From Eledone cirrhosa (Eukaryota): 64,000 nucleotides of DNA. The DNA is taken from contig OZ024753.1 of NCBI GenBank assembly GCA_964016885.1, forward strand, positions 29,946,001-30,010,000, in the 5' to 3' direction. Both the position numbers and the translations under genes were made by a program. This document shows positions 41,614 to 55,284 of the stretch, piece by piece; position 1 is the first letter of the stretch, and every line of letters starts with the position of its first letter. Under the pieces are notes generated by a model that was given only the letters and a program-made list of their open reading frames with translations, made no database searches and was not told where the DNA came from.

Positions 41614-44600
41614 AAAGATATGCACATATATACGTGTAAAACTATGCATATATTTATATATATCAAGGAAATTGGACATGAAATCATGATGTGTGTGTGA
41701 AGTGAATTTATTCCTTTGTAATGTGAGGGGGGGGGGGTGCAAATCGAAAATAATTTTCAGTTGTGTGAGAATAGTTAGTAATACTAACATCTGTAACATA
41801 CACACATGCACAAATACTTACTCATATACAAATACACACATACACACACAGACTCTTATGCATACACAAATACACACTCGCTAACACACACTCATGCATA
41901 TACAAATGCACACGTACAGAGAAATTTACACACATACACAAATTCACACTCACACTCACAAACACAAATACACAAAAATACACACACACTTACGCAGAAA
42001 TACACACACTTACGCAGAAATACGTACACTCACGCAGAAATACGTACACTCAAAGGAAAATAGAAATGAAATAATTCAGATGAGAATTGAACTTGAATTT
42101 TTGGCAGCTTGTCATTAATTAAATTCCTAAACTTTAAGTTAGACTGTTAATCAACAACACGGGTTACTAATTAGTGTAGGTGGTGGGTTGAGACACTTGA
42201 CACTTCACCTGAAATATGTCTTCTTCCTATTCCAGTAAAACCCTTGGCTGTTTTGTAGTGTTCAACTAGAGACGAAACAATATGTAGTTGGTTGGAAAGT
42301 AATTCACATTGTTAGGAATATATTTGCATGTATAGAGCCATAATTTCTGATGGAGTCATAGGGGCATCGCACTGACATACAGCATATCTTGGGCGTGTTA
42401 AACTTGGTGCAGCCCATTCCTTCAGAGGTCTGAACACAGCCAATTTCTTCCAGAGGAGACAGATCTGCCAACCTCTAAAAACCCAAGCAAGGAGTACCAT
42501 GAACAAAAAGTGCTTCAAAACGGAGAGAAATGAGGCAAAATGGGGAGATTTTACATAAGGAAAGCTATGCCCATTTTCACAAGAGGAGACATCTGTCACC
42601 CACCCGAAAGTGAGTGGGAGATCTCCCTGTCTTAGATGGGGAGAGTTGACAGGCCTAAGGAGAGCAAGTGAGAAAGGAATATAGAGGAAGAATCGACCCC
42701 CATTACTGAACTAGAACTTTTTTTATTGTTTCAAAAGAGTAAAAAGCAAAGTTGACCTCAGCAGGATTTGAACTTAGAGAGCTGGAATGAAGACCATAAA
42801 GCATTCTAGCCGACATTCTAATGGCCCTGCCAAACTGTGCAACCTAATCCAAGAATCTAGTTTTTGGTTATAAAACAGTGCTAGGAAGAAGAATTTAGCC
42901 TAGATAGGTATGAAACAATACATAAATGACTGTCTGATAAATAGATACTGCTGACCTATTTCCAACTATTATCTCAGCCTTGTATCATACATACCCTTCT
43001 TAGTTTTTAACTGCGGTGACAGAGAAAAAGATAATAATTACACTTATCAATTGTTCTGAAGCTAAAAATACATATATACCCAAATTAATCCTCTCCAACC
43101 AGTGGAATGAATTAACAATAGAATTCATTAGAACATAGAACCAAATGCCTTGTAGTATTTATTCCAGCTCGGAGTGCAAATCATGTTAAAATCAACTTTA
43201 CCTTTCAGGGTTGATAAAATAATAAAATACCAGACCAAGATGGTGGATTAATGGAATTGTTAGAGTATTAGATTAGATATTTTACAGTGTTTATCCTGGT
43301 TCTTTGCATTCTAAATTCAAATGTTGCAGAGGCCTACATAGGTAGTAGTCATAATTACCCAGTTTAACACTACCACCTTAGCTCTTGGATCTAACCCATG
43401 GTTGCTTTTACCAGAGCCCACTCTGTTGCATGCATTCAGGCCTGTCTAAGGATACCTTCTCTCTTCCTTCAAACTCTAAAACAGTAAGGAAAAATAACTA
43501 CCTGAAACCATATGATAAAACTATGGTTAAATATAAGAAAAACCTAGTTGAGAATTGAACTTGAATCCTCCTAATTCTTACTGAATATTTTGCTATAAAT
43601 CTTATAGGATGATCGTGTGTATATATAGGGTATGTGTGCATGTATGTATATATATAGGATGTGTGTGTTCTCTATATTTGGTTTCTTTTGAATTATGTAA
43701 ATCTTAATGAATGAAAAAAAAACTGCTGATTTATACTTTTTCTTTACCCTGAATACTGGGGATTTGCTCAAACCTTTTCAATTTTTCTTTCTTGGCAACC
43801 ATAAAATTATTCTATGTGCTGCTGTAGTTTTTATTATTGTTTTTGTTGCTGTTGTAGTTGTTGCTACTGCTGTCCATTCTTCACTAAATGGTAGTGCATG
43901 AAATGTCACATTTGGTTTCTTGCTGCCATAACTGTTAGTGTTCAACTGTGATGTGTGAGATATTCCTCTGTCAACCCAGTACCATGAGATTGCCCATGAC
44001 ATCAGCTGGCTTCTTCCTGAGATCCTATTCCCTGCTGCTTCTCTTTTGTTGCCGAAAGACAGTTCTCTTTGTTCATTTTCTCATTCTTAGCTTCCTTGTA
44101 CTGTCCTTTCACTTTTTTTATGGACTTCACTTCAGGTGTGCGTGTAAATAGCAATCTCATTTAGAAGAGAGATAGAGAACCTTAATTCATTCATTGTGGG
44201 ATTGATAAAAAAAAGTATATTTTAAAAACTTGTAAAAAGGCATTTGTTTCTACTTCATCATTTATTTTTTTTCTCTTCCATCCTGATTTACCCCAGAGCT
44301 ATAGCTATTCGCTCATCCTCTAACATCTTTTTTTTCCATCATGCATAACTTTTTTTCAAATAAATTCTTCTCTCTCTCTTTCTTTCTCTCGCGCACACAC
44401 ACACACACAACTGAAATCATCCTCGCTGTCCTACATCAGAATCAATTTCTATGTTGGTGAGTCAGAAATTATACATTTTAAGATGTTCCATTTTGGAATC
44501 ATAATTTTAACATATTCTTTAAATTTGAAGCAATTTTTACAACTTAGAATTTTTATTATTTTCATTCTTTTCAATTTCAATATTTCAATAAATTTTTTTC

Positions 44601-45709
44601 CCCTACATTACAAAATGGCTATATGTTATAACAGATTCTCAGACTAATGCATACTAGGTACTACTTCAAATCTTTAACCTTTAGACTATATTTAATTATT
44701 TTTACCAATACTTGTTACTTCCACAAAAGCTAAGCTTATCAAAGTAATGAAATAAGCACCTGACATGTTAGCATTGGAATGCAGTTGAATATTTTTCACC
44801 TATAATGGATTAGGAATAAAATTAGTATGCATTGTGGAATCAATATTCACTGATATGTTCTATTAGTATCATACCAATTATCAGCATCCTTACTTGGCTT
44901 CAGAGTTGCTTTCTAACCAATTCATGGATTTTAGTATTTTTCTAATATGGTTCTACATTGAATTTCAATTGAGTGTCTTCTCTAAAGGTGATACAATGGA
45001 TGATGTCTTCAATCAAAGAATAATATAGCAACAGCTTTCATGACTAGGAAAGGAAAAATTCTTAACACTTCAATAGAAAGGCTAACGAAAGTAATATACG
45101 TGTTTATCATTATCATCGTCATCATCATCACAACTGTTGTTTTACGTTTTTCTTAAGATGTCGACAAGTTTTTTGTTTTTTTCATTCTTCTCTATAGATT
45201 ATAGCCCTTAAAGATATTTACTAAATTAGAGAAAAATTTGTATTTAGAATAGACAACACATTTATGTGAATTTTTAAAACATTTTCAATGTATATTTTTC
45301 ATGCAATTTCTATGTCATGAAATACATCATCATTATCATCGTTTTTAAGTTGACTTTAACATGCAGGTATTGGTTAGTAGGGACTTTTTGAGGCAATGTT
45401 TTACAGCCAGATGCCCTTCCTAGCATGCAAGGATTCAGTGTACCTCTTCTAAATTAGATACAATTTATCAAAATCAGTTTTTTTTTTTTTTTTTTTTTTT
45501 TTTGTGGCACCATTATGACCACCTTACAAGGTGGACTAGGTACTCTTTATATATATTTCATTTTACTACATTGTTATTCTTTTACTGGTTTCAGTTATTA
45601 GACTACTTCCATTCTAAAGCACCACCTTAATTTAGTTGATAATATCAATTTCAGTATTTATTTTATTGATCTCACTTTTTAGAGATAAACATAGACACAC
45701 ACACAAACA

Positions 45710-45875
45710 TGATGTGCTTCTGCAGTTGCTCTGTCTTCCAAATTCCACTCACAAAACGTTGGTTAACCCAAGACTGTAGTAGAAGACACTTGCTCAAGAT
45801 GCCACACAGTGGAACTGAACATGAAACCATGTGGTTGTGAAGCAAATCTTTTAACCACAGCCCTATCTGTGCCTG
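45710..45875 (-). mobile_element. tRNA-derived SINE family 3
   Basis: Minus-strand head ggctgtggttaa...gttcagttcc. Related copy 40730..40872; heads at 61649..61701 and 61794..61846. Confidence 0.65.
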
Positions 45876-45986
45876 TTGTTTTTAAAAATATTATATAGTA
45901 GCTGACTAAACACACACATGCTTTTTCTTCCCCCATTTCTTCCCCTTCCCACTCTCTATCTATTTCAGCTTATATTTCTTATTCTA

Positions 45987-46022
45987 TCTTCTGACGAAGG
46001 CCTAGTGTCCAAAACGTTAAGA
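45987..46022 (+). ncRNA. Degenerate minimal hammerhead (G12A) of a Penelope-like repeat
   Basis: TCTT-CTGACGA-AGGCCTAGTGTCC-AAAA-CG-T-T-AAGA; stem I TCTT/AAGA, stem III ACGT. The downstream tail (tcaagtgttaaactaatatatttc) recurs at ~9345..9370. Confidence 0.55.
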
Positions 46023-46071
46023 CTCTTTTCCTACTATATCAAGTGTTAAACTAATATATTTCCTCATTGTA

Positions 46072-46122
<51 letters not shown>

Positions 46123-46664
46123 AATATAAAATATTCTGTTATTAAACCATTACATCATGTTTACTTATGTATTATAGAGATGGCACTCTATTCATATAAC
46201 TTTCTTTTATAGATTTAATATCCAATTTTATTGAAATTGGACAAGTTAAATGTTTGCTTTGAAACCTAATTGTGCTTTTATATCTAATGTTCACAATCTT
46301 AGGTACATGTTCTATATTATGTCAGCAAGATAGAATCTGTTTCTAGCTTTGCCTTATTTATTTATTGTTTATTTCTTCATATGATGTTGAGTAACCTATG
46401 TTAGCTTCGACTGAGTCCGGTGTTTTGCAGGAATATCTAATCAAATACCTGGGACAAAACATGTTTGACATATTAGGCTCAGTAGAACTAGTGTTTGGCT
46501 AGTTTGTATCGGTAGAGCATAGGATACTGTGTTTCGCAGCATAGAGATATGGCCCTCTACTTCATGTTCTGATTTCAATTCTTGCCAAGGTTAGCTTTGT
46601 TTTTCATTCTTACAAAGGCAAGGAGGTCAATAAAATAAAGTACCAGCAATGCACTTGGTTCGAT

Positions 46665-46883
46665 TTAAACCTTTAGTATTTATATTGCTTTATATTTACT
46701 ATTGTATTTTCACGGTAAAGGCTTTATCTCACTTAATTATCTCACATAATAAGGAATCTATGAGATTTTGATATTGTTTATTTTGAGAGCAATACCTTAA
46801 CATCAGTATGAGTGGCCGGTTTGAGCAGAAAGAGGTGAGATAATTCTGGTCAGATACAGCTGGTTTAAATACTAACAGGTTAA
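46665..46883 (-). mobile_element. MITE family A inserted into a SINE
   Basis: Splits the SINE motif tcgatTTAAtcgac with TTAA duplicated. Confidence 0.85.
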
Positions 46884-49439
46884 TCGACATTGCTCTTCCT
46901 GAAAATTGTTAGCCTTGTTCCTTAATCAGAAACCATTATTGAGCTGGCTGTTTAGCAATGAATAAGCTTGTAAGAATTAAACTAGCTAAATGCATGAATC
47001 TGACACCCAGAATAGTAGAAGTTTCCTTGAAGAAATATTTAGTTGAGGAATTTGCAATTCAATCAATTTCCAACCTTATCTTTAATGTTTTGGAGTGGTT
47101 TTTTTTTATTAATTTATTTATTGTTATGGTTGTAAATGTTTCTGTCAACATTGTTGTTGTGAAGCTGTTGTCATCACTATCACAGCAGGTCTATGGCATG
47201 GCAGTAACTTATCAAACACTTGGGAGTTACATATAGGTTCTAGACAACGTTGCATATGCAGATAAGGTGTCTAGTATGTTTGTTGCATTGTATTGAATTT
47301 TTGGTAGTTAATATTCTGGCTGTGGATAACATTTTTAAGATATGAGATATTTTAAAAGACAGTTGGCTGTATGTTGAGTGAGATTTTGGCTTTTACATTA
47401 AAGAGCTTCATTGCTAATGACATCTTTAGAATATTTTCAGATAAATATAGATATTAACTTGAATCAAATACATAATACAACTAATTTTTCTGATCCTTTT
47501 TATCTGTTCCCAATGTCAGGATCCTTGTTTGCCAATAATTTCTGAAACTGTTTCTGAAATTTTTGGTATTGATTTTAACCCCTTTGTTGTCATGTTTCTG
47601 GTGAAATACACTACTTGTGACTTTCAATTAAATTTTAAAATTATTAAAAATTTTGAGAAATTTAATGAAATAACCTATTTAATTTTGAGGTGATGTTTCC
47701 ACCATAACAAAATCTTTGTACATGGAATTATAATGAACAGTTTAAATTGAAATAGAAACAACTTTGTATCAAAGAACCAGGAGCGGTTTTGGGTGATTTA
47801 GTATCAAAAGCGTTAAGAGTCTTCATCAGAAATGAATAAATCAGTCATGTATAAGAATAATAGGTGTTTTTATTTCGATAATGTAATAATTTTGTAAAAG
47901 TAAGTTTTAAATGACAGTAGGGATTTCTTTCACCAGTTGTTTTTCAAAGAGAGGGGCAGTGCCTATTGACTTTTCAGGTCCTCTCAGATTGATGAGGTCA
48001 ATGAGGTTGATGTTCAACTTGAACTTTTGTAGGATGATGCCTGTAGGAAAAATGTGGCACTTCTTCATGTGAAGGACTGGTTGAATTGTTTAGTGGAGGC
48101 TATAAAGTACAGACTATAAAGATGATGAAAAGAGAGAAGGTGGAGGAATCAAAAAGCTTCTCATTATCTTTCTGCAAAAGGGGGGGGGCAGTGGTTTGGA
48201 AGAGTGGATGAGTTGTTAGAGTGTCAGACAAATACTTAGCAGTAGTTGTTCCAGGTCTTTACATTTGAGATCAAATCCTGATTTAGCAGAAAATATCTGA
48301 AAACAGGTTTCTTGATTCACATGTTTATAGTAGTGGACTAGTGGACAGATTGTTGGAAAAATTTGCAGTATTACAGTAAAGACTTACTAGTGTGGTTTCA
48401 TGCGGTACAGGATGTTAAGAGTTAATCCACTACTTGTAACATAATCTGGCAACGATGCCACCAGGCCCTTGTGTGGCTTTTGTAGGAGTCTGTTGCAAGC
48501 ATCTGGGCCAATTCTCCAGTTTAAGGACACAATCACCCCCCCCCCCCTCTCTGGATCATGAGCACTGTTCTCCTGTCCCCTGACTAAACAGTAAAGTAAA
48601 TAATAATAATAAATACATAAAATAGGACTTGTAATTGACAATATCCACGGGCTTTAAAGGTTGACATCATTAATCATACAGTAATGGGGTTATTTGACCT
48701 TGAACTTAAAACAGAACTAGTTGAAGACTTGTAATTGAAGTTGCTTATCTTTAATTACTTAAAAACATATACCATAGTTGTTTGGTTGCTAAATGATAAA
48801 TGGTGGATTTTTTAAAAAGATAGAAATGATAAATTATTATGCAAATAATTTATATAGTTAATATATCTTTATATCCAGTTATATATTTTAAAGAATTCTC
48901 TAAAGTACAATTATCTCCTCTCATGACAGCTTTTGTTTCAAACCTAGAAAAAAAAGAGGGCCCCCCCCCCCCCTCTCTCTCTCTCTCTCTCATTAGTAGT
49001 AGTAAAAACCATTCATTGCATTGATTATTTATTTTTAAGAAATCTTTAATACTCTCTGCTCATCTAGTTTTTTTTTTTCTGGTTACTCTTTCTTTTCTGT
49101 CAGACCCTGGAGAGTCATTGAATGTTCTAGTAAAGATCAACACAATATATACATATATAGTCTCACCCATGCAATAAATGTAAAACACTGATGATGATAA
49201 TTAAATACATACATTATATAACTCATTCATATTGTAGGCCGACTTTGCTTGCCCACAGCCAAAGCTTCGATTTTACTAAGCTTCCACTAGTATATATATA
49301 CATATATAGTTTAACCCATGTAATAGACATAAAACTGTAATGAATCTTTTTGGTTTTTCTTTCCATGTGTTTATAAAAATTTTGACAATTTCATGATTTA
49401 AGTTATTTTAGCTTAAATAAATATGTCAACTGCAAATAT

Positions 49440-49480
<41 letters not shown>

Positions 49481-49768
49481 CATCATCATCATCGTTGATT
49501 AACATCTATCTTCCACTCTAGCATGGGTTAGACGGATTTGTCCCATTTAGAAGCAAGTTGGTCGGGTGGCTGTGTCTCGCTCATATATATATAATATATA
49601 TATATCGTAATCCTCCTGGTTGTGGTGGAGCTGATAACATTATTAGAACTCAATGTGTCCTTGTAAGGATGGTTGCAGCAAGATTAGGCAGTGTGACCAG
49701 TAGTTTTTGTGGTAGATGATCACCACCTACGGTATCCTAGAAGAAAATCTGTCCAGGTTACAGAGTCA

Positions 49769-50230
49769 TTTACATATATGTGTTTATACATAGAACAATA
49801 AAAATATAGAAGTCATTGTTTTATGATCGTTTCAGAGGGTTAATTGAAAATCCCTGTTCAATTAGCTATCTTCTTCTAATCTCAAAATCCCTGTTCAATT
49901 GGCTATCTTCTTCTAATCTCAAAATCCCTGTTCAATTGGCTATCTTCTTCTAATCTCAAAATCCCTGTTCAATTGGCTATCTTCTTCTAATCTCGAAATC
50001 CCTGTTCAATTGGCTGTCTTCTTCTAATCTCGAAATCCCTGTTCAATCGGCTGTCTTCGTCAGAAGAAGACGGCCGATTGAACAAATATTTTGAGACTAG
50101 AAATAGGTAGTAACTTAACCACTACCATACTAGTTTATACATCAATATCCACCAATCAATCGACCCTCTGAAACGATTGTTAAACAATGACTTCTGATTT
50201 TATTGTTCTATGCACCAACACATATGTAAA
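49769..50230. repeat. Foldback element with internal 37-bp tandem array
   Basis: Outer inverted arms 49769..49846 and 50156..50230. Five full units of aaaatccctgttcaattggctatcttcttctaatctc from 49847 plus a partial sixth. Inner hairpin centred near 50062. Confidence 0.8.
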
Positions 50231-50331
50231 TATATATATATATATGAATTACAGATAAGCCTGAATATATCTTCTATTAAATTTTCAGTCTTTTTTAAAG
50301 AACTAATTCTTATTTTAATTTTATTTTACAG

Positions 50332-50525
50332 AGTGAAAGCCCTAGTAGAAAACGTCGTAAAACGTCAAACACTGTTGATATAGAACTTAGAAATTCTCCT
50401 AGTCCCCCTCCATCTCGACCTTGGGAAGTGAATAATGAAACAGTACGATTGGTGCGACGGTGGAGTACCTCACATCAAAGAAGAAACTCTGCAGAAAACT
50501 GTATAACTCCTAAACCTAGACTAAG
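50332..50525 (+). CDS. RNF38: Internal coding exon (194 nt, phase 0 to phase 2) of an RNF38/RNF44-family RING E3 ubiquitin ligase
   Basis: Acceptor ttattttacag ends at 50331; donor AG|gtaagt at 50526. Open frame SESPSRKRRKTSNTVDIELRNSPSPPPSRPWEVNNETVRLVRRWSTSHQRRNSAENCITPKPRL. It matches, from memory, human RNF38 SEDSPSPKRQRL...SPAPSPPMRPWEM...SGERCNTP. No ATG, so absent from the ORF track. Confidence 0.85.
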
Positions 50526-50659
50526 GTAAGTTACTTACTGGTATTCTGTGTGTGTGTATGAAGTATTATTTGTGTGTGGGTGAGTGTGTGTGTGCATGAA
50601 AATTTCTTCAGACTTTTTTTTTTATGGTTGTAAAAAATATATTTTAGAAAATTGATTAA

Positions 50660-50920
50660 TCATATCTGGATTATTAGTTATTGATCAGTGGACTAGATGG
50701 TTACCAGATTGGTTATTGATCAGTGGACAAAATAATATCTGTTACTGTGTTATTAATTATTTATTGATCAGTGGACCAGATGATATCTGTTATTGGATTA
50801 TTAGTTATAGATCAGTGGACCAGATAATTTCTGTTACTGGATTATTGATTATTGACCAGATGATATCTGTTATTGGATTATTGGTTATTGATCAATGGAC
50901 CAAATAATATCTGTTAATGG
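50660..50920. repeat. Degenerate ~40-45-bp minisatellite
   Basis: Recurring attgatcagtggaccagatgatatctgttattggattattag. Confidence 0.8.
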
Positions 50921-50984
50921 AAAATTTGTTATCTTCTCCCCTACCACTACAGTTCTAAAATTTTCTGATACATAAGGTAATGCC

Positions 50985-51120
50985 TGCAAGGGTGCTTGGT
51001 TGTTCCAGCACCTTAGCCTGAACATCACCCATGGCAATGCTGTGAATGTGTTGGCTTACTTAGAGGTAAACTCTAACACCTCTTGTGGTGACCTGTGATT
51101 TGGGAGTCAGCCTATTCTCC
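50985..51120 (+). mobile_element. Second CRE-like 3' fragment
   Basis: GAWLFQHLSLNITHGNAVNVLAYLE from 50991. Confidence 0.55.
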
Positions 51121-51749
51121 TACTTTTTTCCCCTCCTCATTTAAAAAAATATATAAATTGTGTTTATTTGTATACATTCTATTAAATATAAAACTCCTTC
51201 AGATTTAGATTCAGCGAATAGTAGCCAGTCAGGAGACATGGAGAATTTCAGGTCCTTTCTCAACTCTAAAGTTTCCAACTGGATATTAGCGGTACATTCC
51301 AATCTTTACAGTCTTAATGGTCTATGGTATCTTTTCCCATGACCTTTACTAACTGGTAATGTTTGAAACATTATCTGGGAGTTGATTGGAAGATGCCAAT
51401 CAAATACACAATTTTTGAATTTCATTCTGTTTTTCAGAGTAAAAGAGGGAATCATAATTATTAATTTTGGAAATATCAATAGTTGACAAGAATCTTGATT
51501 TGGTGAAGGGTAGTCAATCCCACCCCCCACCCTCTTTTTTTTTTGTTTATTATTGTCCTGTTGATTCATTGAAATGGGTATTTATGATAACTGCAGTATT
51601 TGGTTGAAGGTCATACATCATCATCATCATCATCATCATCGTCATCATCATCATCATCGTCATATAACATGTGTACTGGGTAGATTTATCATGTAGATCA
51701 CCAAAGTGTTTGACCTCAGGAGAAATAGCTGGGTTTCTATCATCTAGAC

Positions 51750-52928
51750 TAGGGATTCCCAACCTTTTTTGTGTCATCACCTACTTTCACATAGAAAAAC
51801 TTTCCACCGCCCACCTGTATAGTAAATATTTCAAAGACTATCAGTTATGTTTGGTAAAAGTTTGTTACCGGTTTGTTATTCCCGTTAGTCTCCTGCTTTC
51901 TTTTTAATACCAGTTCCTTGCGCTATATTCTTTGAATATTTTTTTGCGGTCTTTCTCGGTTGTCCATCGTAAACGATGATGACATCTTGATCGCCGCAGG
52001 GATTTGGGAGTGCACGCTAAAGAAGAAACCTGTGCAGTAAAGGGTTATAGTGGGAGGGCCAGTGCACAGTGATGGTCCCACTCACTTGGCCGCAGAAGCC
52101 AGGATCCGGTGGTACGGAGGACAGTCACGACCAGGGACTTCCTTGGCTGCAGTGGATGGCCACGACGTCTGTAGTGCCTTGCCGTGCCCTAGCACTCCAC
52201 ACCGCTTGCTGTCGCCGCCTTTGTGACCGTTGGGACGATGTTGTCCTCCTCCACTCACTCCACCTGATCCAGTCTTCGCATGCAGGGGCAGGCATCCCTT
52301 ATCTAACTCACCAGGGGGTTTCAGACCCATCCGGCTACCCTCAACCTGGTTCGGCCCGCCAGCAAAGGCAGTTTACTAGGGTGTGGCCGCTGTCGCATGC
52401 TACAGCTTCTTGGGGCCACATGTGAGAGCTGAGTGTCAGATGGGACCCAATGCAGGATGAGCTGTCCTGAAAAGGGCATGGCTAGCCCACCCTACAGAGG
52501 TACATGCCCCTCCCTAACACCCCAGGCATATACATACACATATATATGTACATGTGTATATACATATTTACACATTTTTGGATGGCCGTTGACTCTTATC
52601 AATTCTTCCGCCCTTTGTCAGGTTTTGTTTTTTTATCCTGCAGGGTGTCCAAAATCACCCTCCTCACCAAGTAAACTTGGTGGGGTTGCCAGTTTAGTCG
52701 CCGACATCCTAACCATGCGACAGGTTGTACTGGTTTACATGTTACCAGTAGCACTCAAGAGTGACCTGACTAGTTTTGCTGGTAACATATGTTGAAATAC
52801 CTTTTTAATATTCAAAATCCTATATCATCCACCAAAATTCCCAATCACCTACCATTTTCTGTTCAGTTGCTCATCGCCCATTGAAATTGCTCACCAATGG
52901 GTGATATCACCCAGTTTAGGAAATCCTG
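51750..52928. mobile_element. hAT (Charlie-type) non-autonomous element containing nested insertions
   Basis: 8-bp TSD ATCTAGAC at 51742..51749 and 52929..52936 (NTCTAGAN target). Imperfect TIRs tagggattccc / aggaaatcctg. Confidence 0.7.
51950..52525 (-). mobile_element. GC-rich RTE-associated non-autonomous element (AviRTE-like UTR)
   Basis: Abrupt GC- and CpG-rich island in AT-rich DNA, nested in a hAT element. Terminal motifs resemble RTE UTRs from memory; no intact ORF. Confidence 0.5.
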
Positions 52929-53838
52929 ATCTAGACGAATGATTTCAATAATAAACTGATTGTGTTTCTTAAAATCACTATTAATGTGTGTGTTTAGTTG
53001 GCGGCAATGCTGAGCCGTCTTATCTGTATGTTTTTAATTGGTATACAGCTTATCCTTATTAATTAATTTCTGACAGGTAGTTGAAATAAAATCACATGAC
53101 CAAACTAGTATCTACTTAACTGGTCTCTAATTGAATGCACCCAACTTTATTTGATTACACTGACATCAAGGTTGGTGCTAACCCTAAGCTTATTATCTAA
53201 ATCAGGAGACTGTTTTTATGGTGGTACAACTTTCTTCAAACTGACCACTAAAAATAAGATATACTGTTGATTGCCAACTAGCACTGGTTATTCAAATACT
53301 TTCAAGCTTTCTCACTCCTCTGCCTGCTTTACAACTTGCCTAATAGGCTTTGCAACATATTGTTTCACCATTACAAAATAAATTATGATGGCTCTGTTAG
53401 ATAGAGCTGGTGTGTATCCACCTGTGTGTCTATGATGTCTGTATGTGTGTATATGGTGCAGAATATGTGTGTGTAAAAAATACTTTTTCGTAATATGTAT
53501 AGTTATATTAATATAGGCAAGTGGTTTAGTGGTTAGAGAATTGGATTCACAATCGTAAGTTCAATTCCCTGGCCAGGTGATGCATTATGTCCTTCAGCAA
53601 GATGCTTATTTCACATTACTCCTTCTTCTGACTGGGAGATTCGGAAAGACCATGGAAACACTGTCTCCTTGGTTTCATCTGACAAATTCCACTCGATAAG
53701 CGAGTGATGTCTGGGATTTTGTCGTTCATCTCTGGATGGATAGTAATACCTTATTTTCTAGCCAGCTTGATACTTTATTGAGTGTAGAAACCCAAAACAT
53801 CTCTGAGTTGTGAATAGCTTCTGTGAGTAATTGTTGAT

Positions 53839-54062
53839 TTAACCCTTTCGATACCAAACCATATGAAACCACCCTTGGTTCTATGATGCAAAACTGTTTA
53901 TTTTAAAGTATTGGTATTTATCTAAAACCCTTCCGTCATAATTTTATGTAAACACTCACTAGCATGATAATGAGAAAGTTTTATTACTAAATCCCGAATT
54001 GTGGATTATTTTCAAAAGCACAGGTAGTGTTCTTCATTAGAAATATAGTAATGAAAGGAATT
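53839..54062 (+). mobile_element. Older TTAA-type MITE, family B
   Basis: ttaaccctttcgataccaaacc...attagaaatatagtaatgaaagg. Diverged copies at 11414..11980, 15765..15963(-), 37188..37270(-), 40421..40555(-), 47575..47815(-), 56820..56945(-), 58653..59080, 60920..61090, 62925..63358. Confidence 0.65.
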
Positions 54063-54242
54063 TTTTAAAAAATGATTTATTGAAATACAATATATAGAAA
54101 TATTTATAATAGTCACGTGTACCTTTCATTAAATCCTCCAAAAACAAAAAGAGTTAAAAAAAAACAAAAAAACAAGTAGCAATTAATAAATTGGTTTTTG
54201 GTTCTCATTTTTTTTTACATTATTGGGGAAACAGAGGATGTT

Positions 54243-54464
54243 TTAACCCTTTACATTACTCTATATTTACTTTTATATTTTCATGGTAAACATTTTACCT
54301 CACATAATTATCTCACATAATATCGAATCTATGAGATTTTGATATTATTTATTTTGAGAATAATAGCTTAATATCAGTATGAGTGGCCAGTTATAGCTAG
54401 TTTGAACAGAAAAGGGTGAGAGAATCCTGGCCAGATATAACCAGTTTAAATGTTAAAGGGTTAA
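54243..54464 (-). mobile_element. MITE family A
   Basis: Reverse copy with TTAA ends. Confidence 0.85.
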
Positions 54465-55284
54465 TTACAATATATAGAAATATATATAATATCCACTTGC
54501 ACCTTTCATTACATCCTCCAAAAACATGAGATTAAAAAAAAAACCAAATAATAATTAATAAATTGGTTTTGGGGTCTCATTTTTTTACATTATTGGGGCA
54601 ACAGAGCAAGGTTTTAAAATAACATGCTCTTCCCCAAGAGAATAGGTGGTACTTTGTGGCAGAAAATATTTTCAAAATTTATAATTTCCTTAAAAAATAA
54701 AACATTTTTGGGTTGTTGATTTTTTTTTTTGTTAGAATCTTAAAACATTGTAAAGATCATTAGCTAAACTACTTAGGTGTTATATTTTATTTTCCAATAT
54801 CTTAATATTTAAAACACACAGCTTTCATCAATCTAGAGTCAGTGTTGGTGGTATCCATGGTAATGCCTTGTGTAATCATTGATTTTGGTGTGAACAGAAA
54901 GATAGAGAAAAAGAATAATGAAGATAGTAAACGTTAGCTGTAATGTACCAAAGACAAGATAAATAAGCTTCATACATAATTCAAGAGTATTTTTATAGTT
55001 TCTTACTATTTAACTTGTGATAAATGTGTTTTACAAGGAGAGCTATTGGTGGCCTGAGGGTTATAGTTTTGCCATCTTTGATATCTGTTTATCTATCGAT
55101 AAACACATAAGTAATCTGTTCAAATCTTAATCAGAAAATTAATACCAGTAATACCATGGGGTTGAGCAGATGGCAAAACTTCCTCACACAGTTGCAAATG
55201 ACTGAATCATTTCACCTTGCAAAAAACTCTTGTAATACATATCTTCTGGTTGATGTGAAGGACTCTGTTTTCAAATGCATGCAT

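Noticed and set aside
49847-50060. 37-bp repeats as a CRISPR array
   Set aside because: Head-to-tail units with no spacers, no cas genes, eukaryotic context.
52069-52795. GC-rich ORFs of 118 and 120 aa
   Set aside because: Inside nested transposon sequence; no recognisable domain.
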